A stretch of 64,000 nt of DNA from Anaeramoeba ignava BMAN (Eukaryota > Protista > Anaeramoebae), in the NCBI GenBank assembly GCA_028826165.1, contig JAPDFW010000065.1:434001-498000 (forward strand), given 5' to 3'. The position numbers and the translations under genes are program-made. This document shows, one piece after another, positions 34,101 to 48,694 of this stretch; within the stretch, counting starts at the first letter, position 1; every line of letters starts with the position of its first letter. The notes under the pieces were generated by a model. The model searched no databases. It was given only the letters and a program-made list of their open reading frames with translations, and was not told where the DNA came from.

Positions 34101-35842
34101 AATGTTTTGAAAAAAAAGAAACGGATCTAAAACAAATTTACGAAATTATCACAAATGATTTGGCGAAAAAAAAGAAATCAACCGATAAAAACAAAAACCC
34201 TGAAGAAATTGCATTTTCTCAAGAATTAAAAGTGTGTTCAAAAATTTCAAAATCAGCAGTTGAAATGTTGCGAAATCTTGAAGAAGAAATTTCTCATCAA
34301 CAAAGATCAAAATCCAAATTATTTGTTCCTGAATTTGTTTATGAATTCTTCGCACAGATTTATTTAAATACAAGAAGAGTGTTTCATGGGTTAGAAAAGG
34401 GAAAATACGATCAAAATGCAAATAAAAGTGATTTGATCGATATTATGTTTGATTTGTTTCTTTCTCAATTTGAATTTTATCAAATCATTTCAAATTCAAA
34501 ATTGATTGAATTACCTCAAAAAATATGGAGTAAAATAACTGATATAAGAATATTCAAATATTTCAACTATTTTCTCAAAATATCAACCGAAAAATTAATG
34601 CAGAAAAACATTTCTTCTCAAACAAAAGACATTTATTTAGAATTTATTCGCGTTTTTTGTGAAAGAATCAATTTGATTTCTCCCAAAGTTCCTGATCTTG
34701 TTTATTCCAAATTATTCGCATTAATTTTCTTTTGTTTTACTCAAAATTACAGAGAAATTTTCGAAAATCAATCAGAAAGGCAAAATTCACATCAGGAACA
34801 AGAACAAAAACTGAAATACATTTTTGGATTACTTGTTCAAAAATCAAGCAAGGAAAGTATTCAAATGCTTGTTAATTTTCTGAGTGCAGAGCTCCGAAGC
34901 TTTTCAACTCCTTTTCATCAAATTGAATCACTTTCTCATTTATCACAAGATTTTCAGTCTCAAATTTTTCTTCACATTTCAAAAGGAGCTTCTGTCATTA
35001 CTGCCTTACAAATATTACTATTAAAATCATTCCATAAAAATTTCATTTCGGTACAAAATATTTTGAAATTGTTCATTTCACTTGCAAACGAAATATCCGC
35101 TTTAGGATCTTCAAGTTGTTCAATTCTTAACTGGAAAAAATCAAAAGAATCAAATCAAATCCATCACTTATTAATTTCAAGCTTTGTTTCTCCAGGAATG
35201 AAGACAATATCAACATTTTTGAAAAAGAATTCAATTTCTCATTTCGATCCACATTTCATCTCAATTATTTTGGCTTCAATAAATCCTTATTTAAAAATGA
35301 ACCGATTGAGCGATCCAATTTTAATCAAAAAAATTGGAATTTCCTCAATTTCATCTCAAGAACCTGAAGTTTTCAAACAAATTGAAATGATTCTCTTCTC
35401 AATTTCTCAATATCATCAAGAACAGGCTTTCCAAATCATTTCCTCTTTGATTTCTTGTTTGAATTCTTTAATGGACTCTTTTTTCCATCGTTTTCGTTTA
35501 TTTGATTTAAAATTAATCTCTTTTGAAGATCGTTCAAATGTTTGGGATTTGAAAACAACAAGAAATTTACATAAAATTTTTCAATCAATTTCTCGTGAAC
35601 CAAAATTTTTCAGAAAATATTCCGTTTATCTTATCAAACAATATCTTTGGAATATTCAATTTGTTGATCTTCCTTCAATTCATAAACGTGTTTTACTTCA
35701 AGCTATTTTTTCTATTCTTGATTCTTGTTCTGAAGTTGAATTTAAATTGGTTCATCAACTTTCAAATGATACTGAAAAATTATTATTTAAACAAATTTAT
35801 GAAGAATTTTTACATTCTTGGAAATGGAAAGGAAAGAATTAA
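31146..35842 (+). CDS. URB2: URB2/Npa2 nucleolar pre-ribosomal-associated protein (two apparent homopolymer frameshifts, ~31310 and ~33345)
   Basis: N-terminal FLINKNQVLLTWI and a C-terminal Urb2-type motif AIFSILDSCSEVE...LFKQIYEEFLHSWKWKG. Three abutting reading frames total ~1560 aa. Confidence 0.78.
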
Positions 35843-36064
35843 ATTTTAAAAAGAAAATAAAATAGATTTTTTAATTAAAAAAAAAAAAGTGGAACAAAAA
35901 AATTTTTTGTTTTTTTTTATAACTTGAATTGATTTGAAGAAAAAAAAAATTTCCATTACTTGCAACTTATTAATTATTTAGAAGTTTAAATTTTTTTGTT
36001 ATAAAAAAAAAAAAAGGAATAACAATTAATTTCTTTTTTCTTTTTTTGAAGATTAATTAAAAAT

Positions 36065-38632
36065 TTAACAACAACCATTTCTTTTTGGAGTTTCTGTCAA
36101 ATTGTTTTCATCTAAAGTAATTTGAGTATCTAAAAAGAAATATAAATTAAATTTAATTAAAAAATCAAAATTAAAAAATTTAATCGAAAAATTTTTACTT
36201 AAAATTTGATTTTGTTGAATCATTTGAGAATTTTCTGGTTTTTCTTGAGAACTAATTAAAATTGAAGAAATTTTACGAAATAAATCTTTAACATTTTCAC
36301 CAGTTTTTGCACTAACTTCAAAAAATGAAAAATTATTTTGTTGTGAAAATTTTTCAAGTTCTTCTTTTGAAACTTGTCTTAATTCATTTAAATCTGTTTT
36401 GTTTCCAACAATAAAAATTGTAAAATCTTCTCCATGTTCTTCTTGAATAAATTTTAACCAAATATTCAAATTTTCGAAGGATTGTTTTTCTTTTTGAATA
36501 TAAAATATAAATATAAATATAATTTTGAATATAAATATAATTTTGAATATAAATATAATTTTGAATATAAAATATATATTGAATATAAATTATATATTGA
36601 ATATAAAATATAAATATAAATATAATTTTGAATATAAATTTAATTTTGAATATAAATTATATATTGAATATAAATTATATTTTGAATATAAATTATATAT
36701 TGAATATAAATTATATTTTGAATATAAATTATATTTTAAATATAAATATTTTGAATATAAATTATATTTTGAATATAAATTATATTTTGAATATAAATTA
36801 TATTTTGAATATAAATTATATATTGAATATAAATTATATATTAAATATAAATTATATTTTGAATATAAATTATATATTGAATATAAATTATATTTTGAAT
36901 ATAAAAATATATTGAATATAAATTATATTTTGAATATAAATTATATTTTGAATATAAATTATATTTTGATTATAAATTATATTTTGAATATAAATTATAT
37001 ATTGAATATAAATTATATATTGAATATAAATTATATATTGAATATAAATTATATTTTTGATTATAAATTATATTTTTGATTATAAATTATATTTTTGAAT
37101 ATAAATTATATTTTGAATATAAATTATATTTTGAATATAAATATAAATATTTTTGAATATAAATATTATTTTGAATATATTTTGATTATAAATTATATTT
37201 TGAATATAAATTATATATTGAATATAAATTATATATTGAATATAAATTATATTTTGAATATAAATTATATATTGAATATAAATTATATTTTGAATATAAA
37301 ATTATATATTGAATATAAAATATATATTGAATATAAATTATATTTTGAATATAAATTATATATTGAATGAAAATATATATTGAATATAAATTATATTTTG
37401 AATATAAATATATTTTGAATATAAATTATATTTTGAATATAAAATATATATTTTGAATATAAATTATATTTTGAATATAAATAAAATTGAATATAAATAT
37501 TTTGAATATAAATTATATTTTGAATATAAATTATATATTGAATATAAATTATATTTTGAATATAAATTATATTTTGAATATAAATAATATTTTGAATATA
37601 AATTATATATTAAATATAAATTAAATATATATTATATTGAATATAAATTATATTTTGAATATAAATTATATATTGATTATAAATTATATATTGAATATAA
37701 ATTATATTTTTGAATATAAATTATATTTTGATTATAAATTATATTTTGAATATAAATTATATTTTTGAATATAAATTATATTTTTGAATATAAAATTATA
37801 TTTTTGAATATAAATATATATTTTGAATATAAATTATATTTTGATTATAAATTATATTTTGAATATAAATTATATATTAAATATAAATTATATATTGAAT
37901 ATAAATTATATATTGAATATAAATAATATATTGAATATAAATTATATATTGAATATAAATAATATATTGAATATAAATAATATATTGAATATAAATTATA
38001 TATTGAATATAAATTATATATTGAATATAAATTATATATTAAATATAAATATTATTTTGAATATAAATTATATTTTGAATATAAATATTATTTTGAATAT
38101 AAATATTATTTTGAATTGATTTTGAATTGATTTTGAATTGATGTTGAATATAAAAGGTGTTAAATATAAAAGGTTTTTGATTTAATACTTGAAATATCAA
38201 AAACAACAATTGCAACAGATGAATCACGAATATATGTAGGAAGTAAACTTCTAAATTTTTCTTGACCTAAAAAAAAAATATTTTTTAAAAAAAATTTTTT
38301 CAATTCAATTCAAAATAAAAAATAATTCAAAATAAAAATTAATAAACTAACCAGCAGTATCCCAAAGATGTAATCGTATAATTTGATCGTCAATTCTCAT
38401 AGTTTTTGAAATAAAATCAATTCCAACAGTTGCCTTTTAAATTTATTAATAAATTTATTAATAATTTTTTTTCAATTTGATTTTTTTTCAATTTGTTTTT
38501 TTTTCAATTTACTTGTTGAGAAATGTCAAAAGAATCATAAAGGAAACGAGTTATTATGGAAGTTTTTCCAACTCCATAATCTCCAAGAAAACAAACTTTA
38601 AAATTGTTATTCAAAAGATCATTTTTTTGCAT
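36065..38632 (-). CDS. RAB6: Rab6-like small GTPase
   Basis: Spliced product [43 protein letters not shown]|[36 protein letters not shown], with a C-terminal CC. Confidence 0.92.
36495..38120. repeat. 18-bp minisatellite (TGAATATAAATTATATTT)n in a Rab6 intron
   Basis: Direct inspection. It gives rise to the spurious [12 protein letters not shown] ORFs. Confidence 0.92.
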
Positions 38633-38749
38633 TTTTTTTTGTTTGTAAAAAAAATAAAAGAAAATAAAAAGAAAAATGAAAAAATGAAAAAATGAAAAAA
38701 TGAAAAAATGAAAAAAAATTTATTTTGAATTTATTTTGATTATAAATAT

Positions 38750-39430
38750 AATTTAAATTGAATTAAATTAAATTAAATTGAATTGAATTGAATTAAATAT
38801 TGAATTAAATTAAATTAAATTAAATTGAATATTGAATTAAATATTAAATTAAATATTGAATTGAATTGAATTAAAATTTTATTGAATTGAATTAAATTGA
38901 AATTGATTAAATAAATTGAATTGATTTTAAAATTGAATTGAATTAAAATTGAATTAAATTAAATTGAAATTTGAATTAAATTAAATTAAATTGAATATTG
39001 AAATTGAATTGAATTAAATTGATTATTGAATTAAATATTGAATTGAATTGAATTAAAATTAAATTAAATTGAATATTGAATTGAATTGATTATTGAATTG
39101 AATTGAATATTAAATTGAATTAAATATTAAATTAAATTAAATTGAATTGATTTTAAATTGAATTGAATTAAATATTGAATTAAATTAAATTGAATATTAA
39201 ATTGAATTAAATTAAATTAAATTGAATTGAATTGAATTGAATTGAAATAAATTGAATTAAATTGAATTAAATATTGAATTAAATATTAAATTAAATTAAA
39301 TATTGAATTGAATATTAAATTAAATTGAATTGAATTGAATATTGAAAATTGAATTGAATTGAAAATTGAATTGAAATAAATTGATTTTAAATTGAATTGA
39401 ATTAAATTTTGAATTGAATTGAATTGAATT
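38750..39430. repeat. (AATTG/AATTA)n pentamer satellite, intergenic
   Basis: Direct inspection of the sequence. Confidence 0.85.
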
Positions 39431-39449
39431 TCAAATTTTGAATCGATTT

Positions 39450-42400
39450 TCATTTTTTCTTTCGATTTTTATTTCGATTTTTGTTTTTATTCTGATTTCG
39501 ATTTTTGTTTTGGTTATTTGATTGAGATTTATTTTTTGAATCACTAAGAGAAACAGTAAAATAATCAGGAATACTAAAAGTCTGAGCAATCAAATCCAAA
39601 TTTCCATTTAAATTAATACACAACAAACGAGTAATAACCAAAGATTCATCTTGAAGAGTAAAATAATAAACTTTTTTTCTCAAATCAGGAATATTAACAA
39701 TTTCACAAATAGCAAGACAAGACATTTGAGAACTGTCTTCATTAAAAATAGAATTTCCCCAAATTTGACCTGGATAACCATAAGCAATGGAAGTAGCAGA
39801 ATTTCTAGCAAAATAAATACCAGAACCCATAGCAGCTCCATGAATCATCATTTTAGTATGAGAATAATTTTTAAGACCCTTTCTTAAGATACTATGCCAA
39901 TTCCGAAGTGGCGAACCATGAAACGCAAAAAACGATCCATGGATTGCTTTCTGCCGTGCAAAGGCTTCTTCTTTTTCTGGTGGAGCTGTGAGCATTAAGA
40001 ACTGCTCTTGACAATCCAATTCCTTAATCCAATGTTTTGTTAAAGGTATTAAATGTGCTCTATTGCTTGTTAATAACCATCTTAATACTAAATATGCTTG
40101 TGGATGAATTTTTTCCAGTTTCTTCTTGATTAATTCATCATCTTTTGATTTCATTGCAACCGATTTTAGTGATTTAACTGACGGCAATTGAAGTAAAATG
40201 TCTTTCAATTCTAAATATGGATCGTTTTTTGATTCAAATAAAAATGATGGTAAAGGATCGAAAATTTCATCGTAATTTTCTTTCGGATTTTCAAATGCTG
40301 AAATTGCAAGTGTAATTAATAAATCTACAATTTTGATGTTTTTTTTAAGCTCCAAATAAACTGGTAAACTCATTCCAAGTTCTTGATATCCAAATAAACA
40401 CAATACTTTTGAACAGCAAGTCGGTTTATATAATCCTTTGATTTTTAATTCATCTCCACAAACAAAACAATAATCTCCAATATGAAGAACTCGATCCGTC
40501 AAAAGATATATCATTTCTGAAAATATATTTTCTGGAAGAGGATATTTTTTTGGTTCAATAATTTCATCCTCTTTTGTTTCACTGTTCGAAACTTGATTTT
40601 GGATTTTGTTGAAACGATCCTTTATTTTTTGCTTTCTTTCTGCTCGTTTTTTTTCTAACGCTTCCCGCTTTTTTTGTTTGTTCGATTTCTTCTTTTTTGG
40701 TGTTTCGTCTTCTTTTTTGGAAACAATTTCTGTATCTTTCAAAATTTTAATTTGTTGATCTTTTTTTTGAAGTAGTTGACTTTCTATAATTGGTTTTTTT
40801 GATTCTTTATTTTCTAATAAAATTGATAAAGCTTTTTCAAAATCATTATGAGTATTTTGGAGAGTATTTATAATTAAATCTTCATCAAACCCCAAATTAG
40901 ATAGTTGAGAAAAATGATCAACAAATAATTCATCATTTTGATTTTGATTTTGATTTTCATTCAATTTTTGATTTTCATTTTCATTCAATTTTTGATTTTC
41001 ATTTTGATTTTCATTTTGATTTTCATTCAATTTTTGATTTTCATTTTGATTTTCATTTTGATTTTGATTTTGATTTTCATTTTGATTTTGATTCAATTTT
41101 TCATTCAATTTTTCATTTTGATTTTGATTTTGATTTTCATTTTGATTTTCATTTTGATTTTGATTTTGATTTTCATTTTGATTTTCATTTTGATTTTGAT
41201 TCAATTTTTGATTTTCATTTTGATTTTCATTCAATTTTTCATTTTGATTTTGATTTTGATTTTGATTTTGATTTTCATTTTGATTTTGATTTTGATTTTT
41301 ATTCAATTTTTCATTTTCTTTTTTTCTTTCCATATGTTCATGAATAAGATTTTTTATTTTACTACAAAAAGCTTTCCATACATCACGAATATAATCTTCA
41401 AGAAAACGTTTTAAATGCAAACAAATTGGAGACACTTTTTTAGTTGGTTTTTTTCCATCTCTATATTGAATAATATTAATACTTGGAAATTGTGATTCAT
41501 TCAAAAAATCTCCTAAAAATTTGAATGTAACTTCAAGAACTACATCTGAATCTTTTCCCATATTTTCATATGGATGAATTATCAAATGAACTGAATTTTC
41601 AGAATTTTTTAGATAAATTGATTTGCGAGAATAAATTCTTTGACAATTTTTGATTAATTTCTTTAAAACTTGATCTTGATAATCAAAAAAAATAAAAGAA
41701 GTTTGAAATTGATAATCATCTTCATCTTCATTATAATCTAAATCTGAACTTTCATTAGAACTTTCATCAGAATTTGAATTTGAATCTGAATTTGAATTTG
41801 AATTTAATTTTTCAATTTTTTGAGAATTTAATTTTGTTTTTTCTTCTTGTTTAAATAATAAATGATTTTTCAAAGAAGGAAATTTTTCTGAACATTTTAA
41901 AATGATTAAATTAATTAAAGATTCAAAAGACAATTTTTTTTCCCCAAATTGATTTTTAATTGATTCTAAAATGGATAAAATTTGTTCATTTTCTGATTGT
42001 GTAGTAATTATTGGGTTTTCTTTTGTAATATCTTTGTTAACAATAATATCAAATTCAATTTTCTTTTTTATTTCTAAAATTTCCAATCGAAGGACAAGAG
42101 AATAATTATCTTGAATTTTTTCAAAGAAAAGTTTGAGAGAATTATTTTTATTGAAAAATTTTTCTTGGAATTGTTTAAGAAATTGAGAAGAGATCTTTTT
42201 TTTTTTTTAAAATTTGAATTAAATATTAAATATTGAATTAAATTAAATTGAATATTGAATTAAATATTAAATATTGAATTAAATTTTTGAATTAAATTGA
42301 ATTAAATATTGAATTAAATTGAATTAAATTAAATTAAATATTGAATTAAATATTAAATATTAAATATTGAATTGAATTGAATTAAATTAAATATTGAATT

Positions 42401-43768
42401 GAATATTGAATTAAATTAAATTGAAATATTGAATTAAATAAATTAAATATTGAAAATTAAATTAAATTAAATTAAATTGAATTGAAATTGAAATTAAATT
42501 GAAATTGAATTAAATGAAATTAAATTAAAATTGAATTAAATTGTATATTTAAATATTAAACTAAATTAAATTGAATTAAATTAAATATTGAAAATTAAAT
42601 TAAATTGAATATTGAATTAAACTGGAATTAAATTAAATATTGAATTAAATTGTATATTGAATATTAAACTGGAATTAAATTAAATTAAATTGAATTGAAT
42701 ATTGAATTGAATTGAATTGAATTGAATTGAATTAAATTGAATTAAATATTGAATTGAATATTGAATTGAATTAAATATTAAATATTGAATTAAATATTAA
42801 ATATTGAATTAAATTGAATTGAATGAATTGAATTGAAAATTGAAATTAAATTAAATATTGAAAATTGAATATTAAATTGAATTGAAATATTAAAATTGAA
42901 TTGAGTGAATATTGAATATTGAATTAAATTTGAATTGAATATTGAATTGAAATTAAAATTAAATATTGAATTAAATATTAAATATTGAATTAAATATTAA
43001 ATATTGAAATAAATATTAAATTAAATTGAATGAAATATTAAAAATTAAAATTGAAATTGAATTAATTTGAATTGAATTTGAATTAAATTTGAATTGAATT
43101 GAATTGAATTAAATTGAATTGAATATTAAAAATTAAATTGAATTGAATATTGAATTGAATTAAATATTAAATATTGAATTAAATATTTAAATTAAAAATA
43201 TTAAAATATTGAATTAAATTAAATTGAATTGAATTGAATTGAATTGAATTGAATATTAAATTGAATTGAATATTAAATTTGAATTAAATTAAATTAAATT
43301 AAATTGAATATTGAATTGAATATTGAATTAAATATTAAATTAAATATTAAATTAAATATTAAATTAAATAAATTAAATTGAATTGAATTGAATTGATTAT
43401 AAATATTAAATATTGAATTAAATATTGAATTAAATATTAAATTAAATATTGAATTAAATTGAATTAAAATTAAATTGAATTGAATTGAATTGAATTAAAT
43501 GAATTGAATTAAATATTAAATTGAATTGAATTGAATATTGAATTAAAATTGAATTAAAATTAAATTGAATTAAATATTGAATTGAATTGAAATTGAAATT
43601 GGAATTGAATTAAAATTGAATTAAAATTGAATTAAATATTGAATATTAAATTGAATTGAATTGAATTAAATTGAATTGAATTGAATATTGAATTGAATTA
43701 AATATTGAATTAAATATTAAATTGAATTGAATTGAATTAATTTTAAAAAAAATTACGTTATAAGTCAT
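39450..43768 (-). CDS. PARP6/PARP8-like mono-ADP-ribosyltransferase with UBA domain and NQ-rich tract
   Basis: FAFHGSPLRNWHSILRKGL..HGAAMGSGIYFA, Cys-rich CFVC..KPTCCSKVLCLFGYQELG, and UBA LSNLGFDEDLIINTL..DFEKALSILL. A predicted 12-nt exon 1 (43768-43757, MTYN|GTAATT) splices in frame to 42194. Confidence 0.88.
42195..43756. repeat. (AATTG/AATTA)n satellite filling PARP intron 1
   Basis: Direct inspection. Bounded by GT and AG on the minus strand. Confidence 0.85.
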
Positions 43769-43907
43769 AATTAAAATAAGAATAATAATTAGAATAATAA
43801 TTAGAATAATAATTATAATAAGAATAAATGGGAAAAAAAATGAAAAAAAAATGAAAAAAAAAAAGAGAAAAATTTTTTTTCATTTTTTTTCATTTTATTT
43901 TTTTAAA

Positions 43908-44783
43908 ATGTCTGAAAACCCAGATGTTCTTGCTGATGAATTACTTACTTTAAATGTTCACCTTGGATATGAAATTCAAGAATACGATAAACAAATTAAA
44001 GCAATTCAAGACAAAATCTCACAAAATCACCAACAAATAACAAAATTAAAAAAAAAAGAAAAAACATCAAAACAAAAAAAATTAGAAGAAAAAAAATCTC
44101 AACTTCATAAAAAAATTCTTCAACAAGAAAAAAAAATGAAACAAAAAGTAAATGAATTGGGAAAAGCTGCTTTTGAAAATGATAAATTGATGGAAAACCA
44201 AAAAATAATGAATAAAAAAATTGATGATATTCAAAAATTAACAAAAAAAAATAAAAAAAATCGTGAAAAAAAAGAAAAAGAAATCAATCAAAAATTAGAA
44301 GAAGAAATTCAAGAAATGAAAATCCAAAACGAAAAAGCAAAAAAAGAAATCAATTCAATTGAAAACGAACTGAAAGAAAAAAAAGAAGAAAAGCAAAAAT
44401 TTTTAAATGAATTGGAAAAATTGAATAAAAAAATCAATTTGAATCAAGATGAGGTTTTTCAAGATTTAGCAAAAATTTTCAGTCAAATCAATCAATTATA
44501 TAAAGAATTTAGAGTTCTTTTAACTCAAGATTATGAGGTCAACCAAATCAACAAAGATATTGAATTACTTAAAATGAAAAAATTGTTTTTAGCTAAAGAA
44601 CAAACTTTGGAAGCAAAAGAAATTGATACTGAAATCCAAAAATTTAATCAACAAATCCAAAATATTTTTCAAAATTCTGATGATAAAAATTCTTTAAAAG
44701 AAAAAATGCAAAAAAACCAAAAAAAACTTCGTGATTTAAGAACAGAATTTAAAAAAAAAATTCTTCAATTTTCTGAAAATTAA
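43908..44783 (+). CDS. Hypothetical K/E/Q-rich coiled-coil protein
   Basis: Long ORF with an AAAATG start context at 43908 (MSENPD) and heptad-like composition. Confidence 0.7.
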   Translation: MSENPDVLADELLTLNVHLGYEIQEYDKQIKAIQDKISQNHQQITKLKKKEKTSKQKKLEEKKSQLHKKILQQEKKMKQKVNELGKAAFENDKLMENQKIMNKKIDDIQKLTKKNKKNREKKEKEINQKLEEEIQEMKIQNEKAKKEINSIENELKEKKEEKQKFLNELEKLNKKINLNQDEVFQDLAKIFSQINQLYKEFRVLLTQDYEVNQINKDIELLKMKKLFLAKEQTLEAKEIDTEIQKFNQQIQNIFQNSDDKNSLKEKMQKNQKKLRDLRTEFKKKILQFSEN

Positions 44784-44942
44784 ACTTTAAATTTTTTTTT
44801 TCTTTCTTTAAAATCAAAATTTAAATCAAAAAATGAAACAATTTTAATTTTGATTTTAATTTTGATTTTAATTTTAATTTTAATTTTAAATTTGATTTTA
44901 ATTTTAATTATTTTAATTTTGAATTTAATTTTAATTATAATT

Positions 44943-46758
44943 TTAATTTTGATTATCAAATTTGTTAATTAATAAATCAAATAAATTTGGATTTGTTTGA
45001 TTTAATTGAAAATAATCAATTCCAATTTTAATTTCATCAATCATTTCTTTTGTAATTTCAATTTCATCTTTAATTTGATTTGAATAAATCCAATATTCAA
45101 ATATTTGAAATGATTTATTACTTAATTCACTATAATCTGTAACTTTATTAGATTTATCTTCAGTTACAGATAAAAACATTCCTCGATATAATTCACTTCT
45201 CATTATTAATATTAATTTGGGAAATTTATATTGTTTTTCTTTTCTTTCAATTATAAAATCTTTTTCATTTTCATTTTCATTTTCATTTAAATAAATTCTT
45301 TTCATTGTTTCTTCTATTTTTTCATTTAAATTTATAATTTCTTTAATTTCAGAATATAATTTTGGATTTATTATTCTGTTTGAATAAATCATTTCAAATA
45401 TTTGATTTGATTCTTTAATTGATTTTTTTGAAATAATTTCTTTAAGTTTTTCAATTTGATTTTGATTTTGATTTAATCTATATTTCAATATTAATTTATG
45501 AGCTTTGATTATTTCTCCATTTTCTGTTTTAAATGAAATATCACAAAATTCTTTTCTTTCAAATAATTTTATCAAATCTTCTTCAAGATTAGAAAAAGAA
45601 GAAAAGAAAGGAGAATAATAAAGAAATGATTTTTCATATCCACAAGAAAGATGATAATTAGAAATATTTTCATTAAATCTTAATTTAGGAAGTTTAATTT
45701 GAATAGGAATTAATTGATTTGATAGATTTCCAGTTCCTAATTCACCCCAATCATTTTCTCCAAATACTATAATCTTGCCTTTGGAAGTTAAAATCAAATT
45801 ATGAAAAGTTCCAACAGAAAAATCAAGAATATTATTATCATTTTCAAATAAAAATGATTTGATTTCAGTAAATTCATAAGTATTTTGGTATTTTTTGCCA
45901 AGTCCATTATCTTCCCAAGAACCACATGAATAAAGTTTTCTTTTTGGATTTTGATTTTGATTTTGATTTTGATTTTGATTTTGATTTTCATCTTCAATCA
46001 ACATTATTGAACGTAAATATCCAGATTGAATATCAATTATTTTGCCTTTTGGAATATTTTGTATTTTGGTTAATTTTTGGATTTTTTCTTCTTTTCTTGA
46101 TTCTCCTAATCCAAGTTGACCATAAATATTATCTCCGCATCCAAATAATTCTTGATTTGAATTTAAAAGAAAAATATGATGAGAAGAATTTCCTGAAAAT
46201 ATTTTAGAAACATTTTTCATCATTAAAATTGGTTTTTCTGTTTTTGGAAGTGTTTCAGAATCAAATCCAAGTTGACCATATTTATTTGAACCAATTCCAT
46301 AAACATTTTGATTTGAAGTTAATAAATAAATTGAATCAGATCCAGAAACAATATCTTGAATTATTCTATCATTTGTATCTTCAATTAATGATGAAATATT
46401 GATAAATTTATTTGGATTATCTGGATTAATATCTATTCCTTTGGCAAATACATTTCCTTCTATTGTTAAAATAGCTTCATTTTGAAAACCAATAGTTACT
46501 TTTTGAATATTTTCTTCAATTTGGATTTTTGAAGGATTTTGTTTTGAATCATTTTCTTTTAAATATTCTATTGCTTTTCCATTTTCAAAAAGGAAAATTG
46601 TTGAAAAATAACCTGTTGAAATTTGTTTAATTTGTTTTTCATTTTTCATTTTCATTTTCATTTTCAAATTTAAATTGAATTGGTTTTTTTATTGAATTTG
46701 GTTCATTTTTGATAAGTTTTGGATATTTATTTTGACCAAAAAATATAATTTCATTCAT
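44943..46758 (-). CDS. RCC1-repeat + tandem BTB protein, copy 5 (no CaaX; frameshift near 46645-46665)
   Basis: The MNEIIFFGQNKYPK start at 46758 joins the 574-aa ORF. It ends KFDNQN*. Confidence 0.85.
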
Positions 46759-46793
46759 TTTTGAAAAGTAAAAAAATGAAAAAAATAATTAAA

Positions 46794-48653
46794 TTAAAAA
46801 ATAAAACATTTTTCTTTTTTTTGAATCATCCTTTTTAGATTTTGATTTTGATTTTGATTTTGATTTTGATTATTAAATTTGTTAATTAATAAATCAAATA
46901 AATTTGGATTTGTTTGATTTAATTGAAAATAATCAATTCCAGTTTCTAATTCATTAATTATTTCTTGTGTAATTTGAATTTCATCTTTAATTTGATTTGA
47001 ATAAATCCAATATTCAAATATTTGGAATGATTTATTACTTAATTCACTATAATCTGTAACTTTATTAGAAGTATCTTCAGTTACAGATAAAAACATTCCT
47101 CGATATAATTCACTTCTCATTATTAATATTAATTTTGGAAATTTATATTGTTTTTCTTTTCTTTCAATTATAAAATTTTCATTTTCATTTTCATTTAAAT
47201 AAATTCTTTTCATTGTTTCTTCAATTTTTTCATTTGAATTTATAATTTCTTTAATTTTCAAATATAATTTTGGATTTATTATTCTGTTTGAATAAATCAT
47301 TTCAAATATTTGATTTGATTCTTTAATTGATTTATTTGAAATAATTTCTTGAAGTTTTTCAATTTCATTTTCATTTTGATTTTGATTTAATCTATATTTC
47401 AATATTAATTTATGAGCTTCAATTATTTCTCCATTTTCTGTTTTAAATGAAATATCACAAAATTCTTTTCTTTCAAATAATTTTATCAAATCTTCTTCAA
47501 GATTGGAAAAAGAACAAGGAGAATAATAAAGAAATGATTTGTGATATCCACAAGAAATATGATAATTGAAAATATTTTCATTAAATCTTAATTTAGGAAG
47601 TTTAATTTGAATTGTAATTCTTTGTAATTTTCTATTTCCAGTTCCTAATTCACCATAAAACTACTCCAAATCCAATTAATTTGCTTTTGGATGTTAAAAT
47701 TAAAGTATGAGAATCTCCCTAACAGAAAAATCAAGAATATTATCATCATTTTCAAATAAAAATGATTTGATTTCAGTAAATTCATAAGTATTTTGGTATT
47801 TTTTGCCAAGTCCATTAAATAGATAATTTCCACATGAATAAAGTTTTCTTTTTGGATTTTGATTTTGATTTTCTTGTTTAATCAACATTATTGAATGGGG
47901 ATTTCCACATTGAATATCAATTATTTTACCTTTTGGAATATTTTGGATTTTGGTTAATTTTTGGATTTTTTCTCCTTTTCTTGATTCTCCTAATCCAACT
48001 TGACCATAAGCATTATTTCCGCATCCAAATAATTCTTGATTTAAATTTAAAAGAAAAAAATGATGAGAAGAATTTCCTGAAAATATTCTAGAAACATTTT
48101 TCATCATTAAAATTGGTTTTTCTGTATTTGGAAGTGTTTCAGAATCAAATCCAAGTTGACCAAATTCATTTGAACAAATTCCATAAGCATTTTGATTTGA
48201 AGTTAATAAGTAAATTGAATGAGAACTGCAAGCAATATCTTGAATTATTCTATCATTTTTACCTTCAATTAATGATGAAATATTGATAAATTCATTTGGA
48301 TTTTTTGGATTAATATCTTTTCCTTTTGCAAATACATTTCCTTCTTTTGTTAAAATAGCTTCATTTTGAAAACCAATAGTTACTTTTTGAATATTTTCTT
48401 CAATTTGGATTTTTGAAGGATTTTGTTTTGAATCTCTTTCATTTAAATATTCTATTGCTTTTCCATTTTCAAAAAGGAAAATTGTTGAAAAATAACCTGA
48501 TGAAATTTGTTTAATTTGTTTTTCATTTTCATTTTCATTTTCATTTTCATTTTCATTTTCAAATTTAAATTGGATTGGTTTTGTTATTGAATTTGTTTCA
48601 TTTTTGATAAGTTTTGGATATTTATTTTGACCAAAAAATATAATTTCATTCAT
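46794..48653 (-). CDS. RCC1-repeat + tandem BTB protein, copy 6 (CaaX CFIF; frameshifts ~47650-47720, sequencing error or pseudogene)
   Basis: ORFs 47700-48653 and 46794-47489 are colinear with the paralogues. Confidence 0.8.
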
Positions 48654-48694
48654 TTTTAAAAAGAAAAAAAATGAAAAAATTTAATTTTTATTTT

